64,000 bases of DNA from Octopus sinensis (GCF_006345805.1 NC_043003.1:28272001-28336000), one strand, 5' to 3'; shown: positions 27,921 to 42,647, counted from the first letter of the stretch. The notes: generated by a model not told the origin, from the sequence alone. Numbers and translations: made by a program.

Positions 27921-28611
27921 TTCGAGGTTTTGTTATTGGACATTATGCCTTTTCTTGTAATCTGAAGGTAATATCGGTATTATTACAGGCAGACCGAGCA
28001 TCGCTCGATGGGTCGTGTGTTGTTCTTTCATTTAGATGTTGGGATAGAAACTAAAAGAAATTTGGCCTCTGGAAAAACACTCCTAGTTAGGAGGAAAGGC
28101 AGGATCCCTGACCTTTCACAAAGCCGCCGAGACTTGAAGGACAGAGAGACGAAAGGAGGAAGATATCCTGAAACCTGACACCTGACCTGAATACCTTGCA
28201 ACCGAGTTGATGTTGTAGTTGAAGCTGATGTCGTAGATGTAGCTGTTGTTTTGTCTCAAGTTGGCCCTGATCCGGCAGATCTATGGTTTAGACGCATTCC
28301 AACAGGTGCCACCCGGTACTTTGTGTATGTGTATAGTATCTCTAAGGCTGTATCATCCAATTCCACCTAACCTTTATGAAGAACGCAAGGTATTATCTGA
28401 GAGTGATTTGGCTGTTGTTTCTAGCATAGAAGCTCCATCGTTGGGTTGCTTTAAATGTTTGAAAAGGAAAGCAAATCTGTATGTATGTATGTATATACTT
28501 ACAGATATATATTTCTTGCAACGTCGGTACCACTTTGTACCCTCTGTCACTTTAGTGACGTCTATAAATTTGCCTTTAGGTTGTTAAATTACTAATAAGC
28601 CACCCATATTA

Positions 28612-28656
<45 letters not shown>

Positions 28657-28669
28657 TATGTGTGTGTGT

Positions 28670-28704
<35 letters not shown>

Positions 28705-28832
28705 ATATATATGTATGTATTTATGTATGTATATTTATATATGTATGTACATATACATATATATGTATATATATATGTATCTATGTATTAATATATATGT
28801 ATATGTAATATATATATACATATAGATATATA

Positions 28833-28866
<34 letters not shown>

Positions 28867-31714
28867 ATATAATATATATATATATATACATATATATACG
28901 GGCTAAAACATTTTAAGGATATATATATATGTATATATGTATATATATATATATATATATAGTATATATACATATATGTATATACATAGATATCTGTATA
29001 TATATATATATATTATATTATATATATGTAATATATATATATATGTATATATGTATATTTATATATATGTATATATACATATATGTATATATACATACAT
29101 ATCTGTATATATATATATATATATATACACATACACGTCCACACCCATCTTCCGTTACATTACATAATCAAAAGAAATATGTGACCTAATAGCAACTAAA
29201 ATGTTAACGAAAAAAGGATAATCTTTCCTCTTCCCATGTCTGTATGGACAGTATTTGAACAATGTATTTTAGGGTCTCCCTCGGTCAAGGTCGACCATAC
29301 ATCTATATACGTCATGTGCAGGCCTAGGCAAGAATTCTTTTCCCCCTTTTGGTGGAGGAGACAGGCAGTTTCCTATGAAGAACAAGTCCCCCTTCATTTT
29401 CATAATACCAAATATTTATCCAAAGGAAAGGCTGCCGACTATGGTGTCGATATAGCTAAGCACTGGTGTCGTCGCAGACGTTGCTATTGAAACTTAGGAC
29501 CGAAAGAATTACAAGGTGCAGTAGAAAAACATCCCATATTTTACTCGGTCACTACTGTAGCACTAGTAAGGTTAGACATATAGTAATGGTATCTTCTTTT
29601 AATTACATACATGCATATCGTGCGTTTGCTGCTGAAACATTTATCAAGAAGGGTGAATCCGTGTTTTTTGGCCGCACTCTGTATTACAAAATTTATCGCA
29701 AGATCCTTTAATAATTGCGTCAGTTCACATTCCTAGATTAGTCGTATATCGGACCCGGGAGGATAAAAATCAAGGTTGACCTCGGTGGAAATTGAACTCA
29801 AAACGCAGATAGTAAAACAGAAAAACATCGCGTGGTATTCTAGCCAATACTGTAACGACTCTGCTAAATTGCCACTATATGGGTTGGGTTACGACTATTA
29901 TCTGAAGAAGTTTGTGTTACTATGCATTTATGCTTGACTTCTATCATAACATCAACCTTGCAGAACTGGATTCCATTTGTGCAGTATTAGTGTATAAGGA
30001 GTCTATCTTACAAATAAATGTTTCCTAGCATCCAAACCTCCAGAATACCTTCTAGAGACTATTAAACTAGTTTACTGTATCGAATATCTTCTTGACGTCA
30101 ACGAAGACGTCATTCAAATGCAGTGTTTTGTCCCACAGGTTTTCCTGGGTCTATCGAACACATATTGCCATATATATGACTCTTCTGACCATTAAACTTT
30201 TCACATAGAGTTTCAGATAGGACTTCTATTCTGATTTTCTATTTCAGTCTTTTAAACAATACGCTTGTGATGATCATCGCCTCTAAAGGGTGTAGAGAAA
30301 ATTCTCAATAATTCCTCGCTTTCACACCTATGTCTCTCCCACCATTTGCAGAGGAAATTGCAAGGGTTCAGTGAATTCTTGTGACAGTGTGACCACAAAG
30401 TTCACCTTCAAAATTAACATCCGAGAATCTAAAGTTATTTATTAGCCAAATTCTGATTCGAACTAAGTAGCACACTTCAACCGATCGCGATCGAAAGACA
30501 GAACATTGTAGAGGCAAGCGACTTTAACCTTTTGGGTAAGTACCAATCGTTAATGGACGGTAGGTTCAATACATAATTGGCGGTAGGATGAGCAAAGTTA
30601 GGTTGGCATTCTGAAGGTTGAGAAAATAATTATTTTTCATTAACTAATTTCGTAGTTCATATAATCTGTATTTACAAAGCATTTTGCTTTTTTTATGTCA
30701 CCCATTTCAGTTTTTGATGAATCTGAAACTCTTCCTGTCTGTAACCAATTATTAATTACTTCTAGATATCTTCCTAATGCTCATGTTAACACTAAATTAA
30801 CTGTGTCTAATTAGTTTTCAAGGAATGTGACATTTCGAGAAAAAAAATAAAGCTAAAACAAAAAGAGGATAGGGAGAAATTAAGAAAAAAAAATGTTTAT
30901 AATTAATCATTTATGATTTTTTGGTGTTATTAACTCCATTAATAGTAGGGTGGAGACATACAGGTCTTATAAAGGGGTTGGGGGTCAACCAGTTCATCGG
31001 TTTGGGACCCAAAGCCAAAAAAGCCCTTATATATCTGATGACCCCTTCCAAAAAAAAAAAAAAAATCATAGCTCCATTGAATTTCGATAGGATTTTCTCT
31101 TTCACCCCAACTGGGCCTGGAAGTAGTCATATTCAGCTCTTGAAACTTCTTTTATGGGCCCTGGACGCACAGAGCTTCAGTTAATCAAGCAAGGAATAGA
31201 CTGCGTTAAGACAGAAGCACCTAAGTATTTCACGGCCAGACGTTATTTAATCCCAGGTTAGCCCTGGTATAGCTGATACATCTATGATCAAAGGGGTTCC
31301 AGATAAGGAGTTTGCAAACCCAGTGCCCAAAATATACTTCCAGTTTCATACCTACTCTCGTTGGAGCAACAAAATGTGTGCAACACTTATGGTTGAAGTT
31401 GGATTCTTGGGGAGAAAAGGCAAATCTTTAATCCGTACATTATAAAGGATCACAATAAATGGGACGACCTTCTTAAGATTTAAAGGATGAAGAATAAAGC
31501 AAGATGCTTTCCTTCATAACCTTGTGCAAAGATGGCGGCCGGGCAAAATTTGATATTTTATCAAGCCTCTTAGTTACAGGGACGTAAACAAGCCAACACT
31601 GGTTGTCAAGTGGTGTGGGAAGACAAACGCTCGTAAATACATACATATATATACATACATACATTCATATGTAGATGACGATACATCGGAAGATTCCATA
31701 CAGTTTCCTATTTC

Positions 31715-32115
31715 TTTATTGTCCACAAGGGGCTAAACATAGAGGGGACAAACCAGGACAAACACGGAGATTAAGTCGATTACATCGACCCCAGTGCGTA
31801 ACTGGTACTTAATTTATCGACCCTCGAAAGGATGAAAGGCAAAGTTATAATTTCACCTCAGAACGTAACGGCAGACGAAATACCTATTTCTTTACTACTC
31901 ACAAGGGGCTAAACACAGAGAGGATAAACAAAGACAGACAAACGGATTAAGTCGATTATATCGACCCCAATGTGTAACTGGTACTTATTTAATCGACCCC
32001 GAAAGGATGAAAGGCAAAGTCGACCTCGGCGGAATTTGAACTCAGAATGTAACGGCAGACGAAATACCGCTAAGCATTTCGCCCGGCGTGCTAACGTTTC
32101 TGCCAGCTCGCCGCC
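31715..32115 (-). mobile_element. Two tandem SINE-B copies
   Basis: taagtcgattac/tatcgacccc...aggatgaaaggcaaagt occurs twice. Confidence 0.85.
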
Positions 32116-32974
32116 TTCTATACAGTTTCCGTCTACCAAATTCACTCAAAAAAGTATTGGTCGGCCGGGTGATATAGTAAAAAACAAAAAAGGGTGCCCA
32201 AATGGGTACTTACTCTGTATGCCATGCAGAGTGACTGAACTTGAAATCATGTTGTTGGAAAAACTTCTTTACCGCACAGCCATGCTTGCGCTTATCTGAA
32301 GAAAGTTACATTAACTAAATTGCACGGCAGGGTGTGATTTGAGGTAAGTATTTGGCTGTTATTTCTTCTAGGTCAAGAAACCACGTAGAGATTGATTCTG
32401 GGTTTGTCACGACAGAATAGGCAAATATGGGATACGCCCACCAGTTTTTACCTACCCCACCCTTTTTTCACTGATTTCCGCCAGATGCAGTTGGTAATAA
32501 AGTTTACCCCTTAGTACCCGACTGACACCATGTACCCGATGACACATCTACACTGCAGCTGCTACAGAGACGACTGGAATGAGTATGTTGGTAGTGGTGA
32601 CGGCGGTGATGGTTGTGACGGTGATAGTAGAGATGGAGGTGACAGAGATGATGATGGTTGTGGTGATGGTGGTGATGGCGGTGGTAGTGGTGATGGTAAA
32701 GAAAATGATGATGGTGGTGGTGATGGTGGCGGTAATGGTAAAGTAAGTGATGGTGCCCATGTTAATAGTAGTGATATTAGTTATGTAGTAATTATAGTCA
32801 TGGTGGTGATAGTATAGTAACACTAGTCATGGAAGTGGTGGCGGTGATATCAATGTGTTAATGATGGTGGTGACGGTATGTTTATTGTTGTTGTTGCCGT
32901 AACTGTTGTTCTTGCTGAAGTTGTTGAGGAATGTCGACAACCCACTCCGAAATGCACGCACACACGCGCATACA

Positions 32975-33011
<37 letters not shown>

Positions 33012-34367
33012 GTGCGGGAATACACACATACATGCACATGCACGCACGCAACACGCATAAGGTGTCGAAACCATAAAAATCCATAGTAAGATAGCGTCTG
33101 AGGGGTGTTTTTCTTTCGTTTATTTCATTTATGTATTCTCATCATTTGTGCTTTATTTCATACAATTATGAAATCGACGCACAAAGTATGATTTTGCACA
33201 ACTCTTTTCCCAACCACGAAAACGAGGTCAGTCGCATAATTTTGAGGTCTTTAGATCAACTCTGCCTGAACAATATGTTTTCCACAGAGCATAATGAGAA
33301 AATGAGGGAATGAAACTTCGAAGATATACCATCAACTTCATTTGTATTATTTAGTACATAATCTTTTAATGTGAAGTATGTTTGTCTGTGTTTTGCGTAG
33401 CGCAGAGTTGCCTCTGATGTAGCAGAGCCATCACATAGTTTTTTGTAAATCTGTGTCTTTCTTTTGATGAAAAGGTGTGCTCTAAGAAAGATTTGGCTGC
33501 TATTTATAGTAGCTCAAGTTACCACAAAGACACCTGTGTGTGTGTTTTGTTGTGGTGAAAAAAATACTTTTTCTCAGAATTTTTGCGCAATAATTTTTAA
33601 AGAAATCTGGATACCTTTCTTACTACTGATCATTCAACTTCAAATTACAATTGTTAATTGTTGGAAGTGAAGTAGACTGCGATGTACATATAGTGTTATC
33701 GTATAGAGCAGAAGTTCAATACGAAGTTTTGAACTCATTATCTTGTGGTTAGTAATCCATTACCTTAAATTTGTAGCCATTAAGTCTTTAAACATTATTT
33801 TAGTGGGTTTAGTCTTTCGACTGTCGCCATGATGGTATATCACCTTCAAAAATTTAATTGATCATACTGACCTCAGTACGTATTTCAATCTGGTATTTAT
33901 GTTATAGAACTCTGCTTGGTGAATTGCTGAGACATAGTGGGACACAATACTCGATTTAACAACAAATGAAAACACACACACACACACACATACACGTATT
34001 AGGTGCAAGATTGACCGAGTGGTTGAGAAGTTTGCTTCCCAACCACATGGTACCATTGTTCAGTCCCTCTACATGGTACCTCGGGCAAGTGTTTTCTACT
34101 ATAACCCTAGGCCAACCACAGACTTGTAACTGAATTTGGTAGACGGAAATTGCAGCGTTGTTCATTAGAAAATGACCGAAAACATGTTTATAAAGAAGAG
34201 TTGTTTGCTTCATAATCCTCATGTGCCGATTCTGCCGATACAAAAGGAAGAAATAATACTATGTGACTGTAGGTTATAACACCCGGGCAACGCCGGAGTG
34301 CATTGCTAGTGTGTGTGTATATATATATATCTATATAGCCGTACATACACTCACACACAAACATATA

Positions 34368-34592
34368 CAGGGTTGGTCAAAAGTCCCCTGACAGTAAATC
34401 AAAACCCACGTTATTCCAAGATTAAAACAAAAAAATTATTTCATATGAGACTTCACTAATAAATAGACAAATGTTGAAAAAAAAAAAATGATGATTTTAA
34501 CTCGCAGCATTCAATTTTCAAACATTCATAATTGGAATGAAATGAATAACTAAATTTGAATATTAAGTATTTATGGACTTTTGGTCACCCTG
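34368..34592. mobile_element. Tc1/mariner-type MITE
   Basis: TIRs CAGGGTTGGTCAAAAGTCC and GGACTTTTGGTCACCCTG, flanked by TA. Confidence 0.8.
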
Positions 34593-34859
34593 TATATATA
34601 ATATATAGTACATATATGAAATATCGATACGTAAGCCCGATAAGCTAAGAGGAAACGAATGACTTACCAAGAACTCCAGGTGGACAGGGTTGAATGTCGT
34701 GATACCCAACCTGTGTGCCAAACCATAAGATGCCACTGCCATTGAAGGAATCAACTTCTTCAGGACAATGTAATGTATCTGAAAATAGTAAAAATATTTG
34801 CAATATAACATGAGTTATCAAGGAACAATATTCAGCTCAAAAGTTTTCGGTCAGATTTT

Positions 34860-35106
34860 TTAAAACTTTTACTTGCTTCAATCATTGGGCTGCGGTCATG
34901 CTGGGGCAGTGCCTTGAAGTGTTTTTAGTCGAACAAATCGCTCCCAGTACTTGTCTATTTTAAAGTCGGGTATTCATTCTATCGAACTCTTTTGCTGAAC
35001 CGCTAGATTACAGGAAAGTAAACAAACCAGCATCGGTTGAGACATAGAAACACAGAGGCACACATACTCACACACTCTCTGTTCCCCTCTCTGCCTTTTT
35101 TTTTCT

Positions 35107-35143
<37 letters not shown>

Positions 35144-35310
35144 ACATACACACACATCTTCCATACAATTTCCGACTACCAAATCCCCTCAGAAGGCACT
35201 AGACGACCCGGGACTATAGTAGAAGACACTTTCTCAAGGTACATCGAGGTGGGAGTGAACCTGAAACCACGAAGCTGGTTCTTAACCACACATCCCATAC
35301 TTACGCCTAT
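34860..35310 (-). mobile_element. SINE family C, diverged
   Basis: Matches both halves of the family consensus. Confidence 0.75.
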
Positions 35311-36187
35311 CAATGTCAAAATTCTTTGTGTGTCTATGTGTATATCTGTGGGTATATGTATATATGTGTGAGTGTGTGTGTATATATGTATATATGTGTG
35401 TGTCTTTGTGTCTGTGTTTGTCTCCCACCGCTTGACAAACGGTGTTGGTATGTTAGCGGTTCGGCAAGAGAGACCGATAGAATAAGTACTAGGCTTAAAA
35501 AATTAACTCATGGGGTCGATTTGTTCGACTAAAACTCTTGAAGGCGGTACCCCAGCATGACCGCAATCAAATGACTGAAAAAGTAAAAGATAAAAGATGT
35601 ATGTGTGTGTGTGTGTGTGTGTGCTAACGTGAATGATGTTAAATGGTGGTTGTATTAAAACCTGTAAACTGCAAAATTAATAGATAAATGAATAAATAAA
35701 TAACGGAAATATAATGAAAAACAAAACAAAAAAAGTCTTACAAAACATTAGGATCTTTCATATTTTTGAAAATGCTCCTGTGGAGATTTAATGCTAATAA
35801 CATCTGTGTTATTTTAAATAATGTTTCTTCTTATCTAATTATATTTAGAATTAAATAACAACAACAGCAACAACAACAACAACAACGATAACAACAACAA
35901 CAAAGACAACAGCAGCAACAACACCGGCAACCACCAGCATAACAAAAGTAACAACAGAAACAAAAAAAAAAAGAAAAAGAAAAAAAAGCAACTGTAATTA
36001 ATGAATGGCCTGGTATTAGGCGTTCAGGAGTAATTTGAACGTGGTCCAAGGAACCACGATTTGTCTTAACAATGAATTATGTTAAGCTTTAGAGCGAAAA
36101 AAATTAGGAAAAAACCAGTCAGTAGATGTGCAAAATAGATTTCAGTTTCTCACAGTATATATATGTATATATGTATATATATATTTT

Positions 36188-36252
<65 letters not shown>

Positions 36253-36255
36253 ATA

Positions 36256-36290
<35 letters not shown>

Positions 36291-36514
36291 GTATATATGT
36301 ATATATATATACGTGTGTGTGTATGTGTTTATATATATAAATATAAATATATGTTTATAATGAGCAGATGGCTGTGGTTAAGAAACTCGCTTTGCAGCCG
36401 TGTGGTTTCCAGTTTAGACCTACTGCGCACCATCTTGGGCAAGTGTCTTCAACTATAGACTCCTGGCTGACCGATGTCTGTGAGTGGGTTCGGAAACTAC
36501 GTGGAATCCCGTCG

Positions 36515-36575
<61 letters not shown>

Positions 36576-36728
36576 TTCTATGTGTGTAGCCGATAAAATA
36601 AGTGCTAGACTTTAAAATAAATTTTGGGATCGATCTGCTTAACTAATAACACTTCAAAGCAGTGCCCCAGCTTAGCTACAATCTAATAACTGAAACAAAT
36701 AAAAAATCACACACACACGCATCTATGT

Positions 36729-36772
<44 letters not shown>

Positions 36773-36898
36773 TGTGTGTGTGTGTATATATATTCAATTC
36801 GATGCTGCTGCCGCATTATGTCGTACGGGAACGGGAGGATTTGCATCCCCAACCAAGATTTTTGGATGTAACACATGTCCTTGTGGAAGCTGTTGTGC

Positions 36899-36976
36899 GC
36901 GGCTGAAGAAGGCCACAGACATACATTATGCTTTGTTATGAATCTGTCTAATAAAGGCCCGAAACATATGTACCGC
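36899..36976 (+). ncRNA. Type I hammerhead with long stem II, intact core
   Basis: GCGG-CTGAAGA-A-GGCC...GGCCC-GAAAC-ATAT-GTA-CCGC; palindromic ACATATGT stem III; GUA site; inner ACAGA/TCTGT helix. Confidence 0.72.
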
Positions 36977-37013
36977 TGAATCCTTCGCCTCATGTTTTTA
37001 TTTTTATTTTGAT

Positions 37014-37053
<40 letters not shown>

Positions 37054-37689
37054 ATATTTAACTGAAAACATTTGGAGTCTGCAAGAAGGAGTACGGTTGG
37101 ACATTTATTTTTAATCACTACATATATTTATATATCGCCTGAGGAAACACGACTATATCTCATAATCTCATAATGCAGGGAAACGGTTGCATAGTTAGGT
37201 ACCCGCACGCCTGGAGAGCTACATTGCGTAGAAACAATTGTAGTAATTAAAAATAAATGTCCAACTGTACTCCTAGTTGACTCCAAATTTTTTCCAATTA
37301 TCTATTCGGACACGACAGATGCCCAAACGCAAACCTGGAAGTACGCATAATACTACTACTGAGTAGCACAAGGTGAAATCTGAAGGTGGACAAGCTTTAT
37401 ACTTTACCCTACTATGTTCTTAACAGAATATACCGTAATGTGTGTGTATGTTTGCGTTTATATATTAGTGTAGCTTCGTCCGGAGAAGAATAGCAACGTT
37501 TCTGGCCGGTTTCACAGATGTCTCCGAGAGTTGTGGTTCTGGAGATGTTAGAAAGAAGGAAGGAGCCACTGCAAATCGGTTATCTTCAGATTAAAAATGT
37601 GGTCCAAAGAAATGCACTCACATTGTGAACTCGGTTAAAAGCATCTGAGGGTAATCTAATGTTGTCTTTAAAATAAGTTAACGGATTAT

Positions 37690-38070
37690 GCCTACCACCT
37701 AAAACAAGGATTTTCCACGAAATTTCTATCAGCCAAATTTCCCTGACAATGCTTTGTTATACCCGAGGCACTTCTTGAATACTTTTGTCCAAGATTAATA
37801 TACAGCCATATCGAAACCGAAACCACGCGTCTGCAAAACCAACCAGCTAACCGCATGACCATGACCACGACATAGAAAATAAGTTTACCACCCAAATATA
37901 CCACCCAAAATCTGCAAGAGCTGAAGCAAACATTGGCCAATATCCTACAGAAACCAGATTGTAAAGATATGAAAGAAAATAAGAGCATCTGTTTAATATC
38001 TTTGCCGTTATCAACTTTGTATAGAGCGAGGTAGTTTGAATTTCGGGCAAGGTTTTGCAACATTATGTAA
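37690..38070 (+). mobile_element. Probable decayed Penelope-like ORF fragment
   Basis: Unique non-microsatellite block with broken frames resembling PLE thumb/linker, downstream of HHR-like motifs at 36.9 and 37.15 kb. Confidence 0.3.
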
Positions 38071-38605
38071 CATAATAAGAATTGTTGGTGTTGTTTTTGT
38101 TTCTTTACTGGTGTATACTTAATTTTCATTCATTTTGTTAACCCTTATTTTCAGAAATTGCTGATTGAAAAAAGAAAAGGAAATCCACAAGAACTAGAAA
38201 AGAAACCGTTTGATTCAACGAGGGAGCCACTTGGCAATAACAGCCAAATCTCCCTAAAAAAAAAAGAACGAAAAATCCAGCGCCCGTTCGTGAATATTAT
38301 GCATAGGCGTATAGAATATATGATGTGCCCGCTCACGCGCGCGCGCATACACTCTCACACACGTACACATCAAAAACAGGATTAAATGTTCTTCCCAGGC
38401 AGCAGGCTCGTGTAGTCAGTCCACGAGTTCAGTGGCGTATATACTACCTTCCAGAACGGGATGCCGGATCGTCGTAAGAATATACCTACATATACACATA
38501 TGTATATATGGTTAATCCAAACAAGAAAACACAAAAAAACAACAACGCGAGGACGTGGAACAAATATAGTATTATTGGATGCTTAGGAAAGAAGGGAAGA
38601 AGGAG

Positions 38606-38640
38606 GGTTTAACGTTTCGAGCGGAGCTCTTCGTCGGAAA
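38606..38640 (-). ncRNA. Minimal hammerhead, CUGA changed to CCGA; element about 38505-38690
   Basis: Reverse complement: GTTT-CCGACGA-A-GAGC tcc GCTC-GAAAC-GTT-AAAC. Confidence 0.65.
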
Positions 38641-38703
38641 CATAGAAGGAAAGATCCCGAGAAGGGAAGAGAGAGGAAAAAAATCGCCAACGGTATATAT
38701 ATG

Positions 38704-38742
<39 letters not shown>

Positions 38743-39116
38743 ATATATGTATATATACATTTTTTGAACTGACACTCCAACGGTTACGATTACGAGTGTT
38801 CCAGTTGATCTGATCAACAACCTGCTGGTGAAGTTAGCGTGCAAGTGGCTGAGCACTCCACAGACCAGTGTACCCTTAACATAGATCTCAGAGAGATTCA
38901 CAGTGACACACTGAATGTGACAAGGCTGGCCCTTTGTATAACATGTACTACCAATTTTTGCCAGCTAAGTGAACTGGGGCAATAAGGAATAAAATATTTT
39001 GCTGAAGGATAAACGCGCCGCCGAGAATTGAACTCATGTCCTTACGATCGTGAGCCGAATACCTTAACCATCTCTACACACACCTACATACATACATATA
39101 TACATACATACATACA

Positions 39117-39150
<34 letters not shown>

Positions 39151-39909
39151 CATACATACATACATACATACATACATACACACACATACACACAGAAGCA
39201 CAGACACACAGACATACACACATATGTATAGTCACATATTTATATACATACACACATATTTGTATAACCACATACACTTATATACATGCATATATACATG
39301 CATATATACATGCATACTTACTAATATACATGCATACATATTTATAATATATATGAGTGTGTGTGTGCATGTGTGTGTATGTATGTATGTATGTATGTAT
39401 ATATGTGCGTGTGCATACCTGATTAAAAACTGAGAAAGCAACAATTTAAGGCAATGAAAAATATATAGAAGTGTGGTATATGCTTATTCAGATGAAGGAA
39501 GTTACATGACAACACGTATTTCATTCGCCTTTCGAGAGTATCAGACTGCACGCCATAGAATTCAGGTTTTATACATGCGCACCAACATACACACATACAT
39601 ACATACATACATACATACATACATACATACATACATACATACATACATACATACATACAATACATACATACGTACATACATACATACATATATATATATA
39701 TAATAAAGTATGTGATTGAGTATTATCTGGTAATTGATATTTGATTTAGATGTATTTCTCCATTTTCTTATCTTGTATATATATACATACACATGTATAT
39801 ATATATATATGTATATTTATACACATACGCCTCCACACGCCTACGCACACACGCAAAAACAAAAACACAAACGCACACACACACTCTACACACACACAGA
39901 TACACACAC

Positions 39910-40830
39910 ATATCAGGCTGAGTAAAAGCAATGTTTAGAAACATGAAATTCTTCACAATATATTTCAACAATGAGTGGTAGTCGGTAGGAGAAAGGTCTG
40001 GGGAATAAGCTGGGTGGGGAACAACTTCATAGCCAAGTTCCCTCAACTTCTGGAGCGTCATTAATGAAACGTGTGGTCGAGCATAGTCATGAAGAATGAT
40101 TGACCCTCTTCTGTTGACCAATCTAGGATAGAGGAGTAGCAGTTTTACGTTCATTTTGGCAATTTCATGGCAATATGTTTCTGCAGTAATGGTTTTTCTG
40201 AGATTTAAGAAGTTATAGCGGATGAGTCCAGCAGTACACCACTAAACAGTCACCATAACCCGCTTTTTGAAGAGCTCGGGTTTAGGGAGTTTCCGATGCT
40301 TCATTTTGGTCCAACCACTGCGGAGAACGTTTTTTATTACTGTACAGAATCCACTTTTCATCGCAAGATATAATAGGGTCGAGAAATGGATCAGTTTGGT
40401 TACGGAGAAGCTACAAGCAAATTTCATATCTGCGCATTTTCTGGTTTTCATTCAAATTGTGTGTTATCCATTTGTTGAGGTTTTTGATATTTTGATCGCA
40501 TGCAAATGGTTGCAGGTAGTTTTCTGGCTAACCTGAAGTTCTTTTGCAAGTTCTCAAGTGGTTTTACGTGGATCTTTCTCAATAACGGTCTTTAATTGAC
40601 CGTCATCGATGATAGGTGGGCGTCCACTACGTTCACAATCTTCAAGGCTCAGGTCTCCACTGCGAAATCGTTTAAACCATTTTCGAGCTGACCACTCACT
40701 GGCCATTTCCTTATCAAACGTTGCGTTGATATCGTGAGCAGTTTCAGCTACTTTATTTACTTTTTTGAAGTTGAATAGCAAAATTGCTCGAATATTGTGC
40801 TTTGGCAGTAAATAAATAAAAAAATTTACG
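39910..40830 (-). mobile_element. Mariner transposase relic, frameshifted
   Basis: ARKWFKRFRSGDLSLED..RSGRP, CDEKW-like region, ILHDYARPH and HPAYSPDLSPTDYH motifs; no intact TIR pair seen. Confidence 0.9.
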
Positions 40831-41242
40831 GAAATTAACGAACTCCGGATGATGAAATCACATTCAGTTAAAAATATTTCTAAACGATTAAAATATTGTG
40901 TACGTCAAAAGTTTACGTTCTTTTTTCTTAGAAAGCTTGAAACTATGTGTGTGTATATGTCACAGATAGTGGACCTGTGTCTGTGTTGATTGACAAGCCA
41001 TGACATTCATTATATGTGTGTGTATTCTGTATGTCTGTTGACGTCACGGAAGCCATGTTTATTTTCGTCAAGAAATAGCAAACAAAAATTGTTTTTAATC
41101 TTTAAAATAGAGGTCAAAATATCACAAAAATTTGTACTGCCAAAGGTAGGTATGGAAATAAATATGTAAAAAATATATAAAGAAAAATATAGTATTTCTG
41201 AGATATTTCAGGTACACACAAACATCTCTAGAGCTTTAGTAT

Positions 41243-41301
<59 letters not shown>

Positions 41302-41535
41302 TTCTGTCTGTACATATAGAGCTAGAAATATTTTCTTCTAATGCTAGAGCTGCAATTAAATAATTGCATGAAGAACATGAAAAACAGCAACAAAGATATT
41401 GAAGTGTTACCTTCGAAATATTTAACAATTGTGATGTTTCGAGTAAAATATTCCTAATCACAGTTTTAAGGGAATAACATTGAGAAAACGAATAACTAAA
41501 TTCCTAATAACTAAAACACACAGATACACAAACAT

Positions 41536-41943
41536 AGGCGCAGGAGTGGCTGTGTGGTAAGTAGCTTGCTAACCAACCACATGGTTCCGGGTTCAGTCCC
41601 ACTGCGTGGCATCTTGGGCAAGTGTCTTCGGCTATAGCCCCGGGCCGACCAATGCCTTGTGAGTGGATTTGGTAGACGGAAACTGAAAGAAGCCTGTCTT
41701 ATATATATATTATATGTATGGTTGTGTGTGTGTTGTGTGTCTGTGTTTGTTCCCCTAGCATTGCTTGACAACCGATGCTGGTGTGTTTACGTCCCCGTCA
41801 CTTAGCGGTTCGGCAAAAAGAGACCGATAGCATAAGTACTGGGCTTACAAAAAGAATAAGTCCCGGGGTCGAGTTGCTCGACTAAAGGCCTTGCTCCAGC
41901 ATGGCCGCAGTCAAATGACTGAAACAAGTAAAAAGAGAAAGAG
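41536..41943 (+). mobile_element. tRNA-derived SINE family C, full length
   Basis: Head ggcgcaggagtggctgtgtggtaag..gggttcagtccc, central (TA/TG)n, tail ...tgactgaaacaagtaaaa. Other copies near 1-150, 9186-9345, 24480-24730, 33990-34160, 35390-35600, 36360-36700, 45590-45800, 49905-50060 and 55020-55180. Confidence 0.9.
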
Positions 41944-42594
41944 AGATATATATATCTGGTAAATTGGACCGTGGCATGATTTGGACTTAGAACCTAAAAG
42001 CAGGCTCATAAATTGTAGGGCTCTTTAACCAATGTGCTAATCGGTTGGCCAATCCAACGCAATAGGAACACAATTAAATTACTAGAGAAATCCTTGGACA
42101 TAAAGCTTATACCAGCATATAACAAGTATGCCATAACGTTTTGTTAACACACACAGCTGCCTGCTGTAGATAAAATAATAATAATAATAATAATAACGAG
42201 ACGATGTTGACGATGATGATGATGATGATGACGACGACGACGACGATGATTTCTTATTAACAGCTATAATTATAACGGCAGAAACAGTGATAATAGGAAA
42301 GACGGTGGAAAAATGATTACTTCTGATGCATATCAACAGCGAGAATAAGAGCAACAACAACAACAACAACAGCAACAATAAAAATAACAATGGCGACGGT
42401 GATGGCGTGCGTTCATGATGTTGATAATGATAACGGCGACGACGTACATACACACACAGACACACGCACATATATACATATACGTATGTGTATATGTATG
42501 TATATACATAACAATATAACCACTTATTCTGTTTCTTTATCTCCAACGAGATTTATCCCTGCCATACACATTAGTGGTAAGTAATATATAGCTT

Positions 42595-42647
<53 letters not shown>

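Noticed and set aside
30300-30630. Lectin-like words in minus-strand translations
   Set aside because: Scattered over all three frames with many stops; over-interpretation.
31352-31405. 54-nt phase 1-1 open segment with good splice sites (SNFNHKCCTHFVAPTRV)
   Set aside because: No recognisable domain; such short matches arise by chance; needs RNA evidence.
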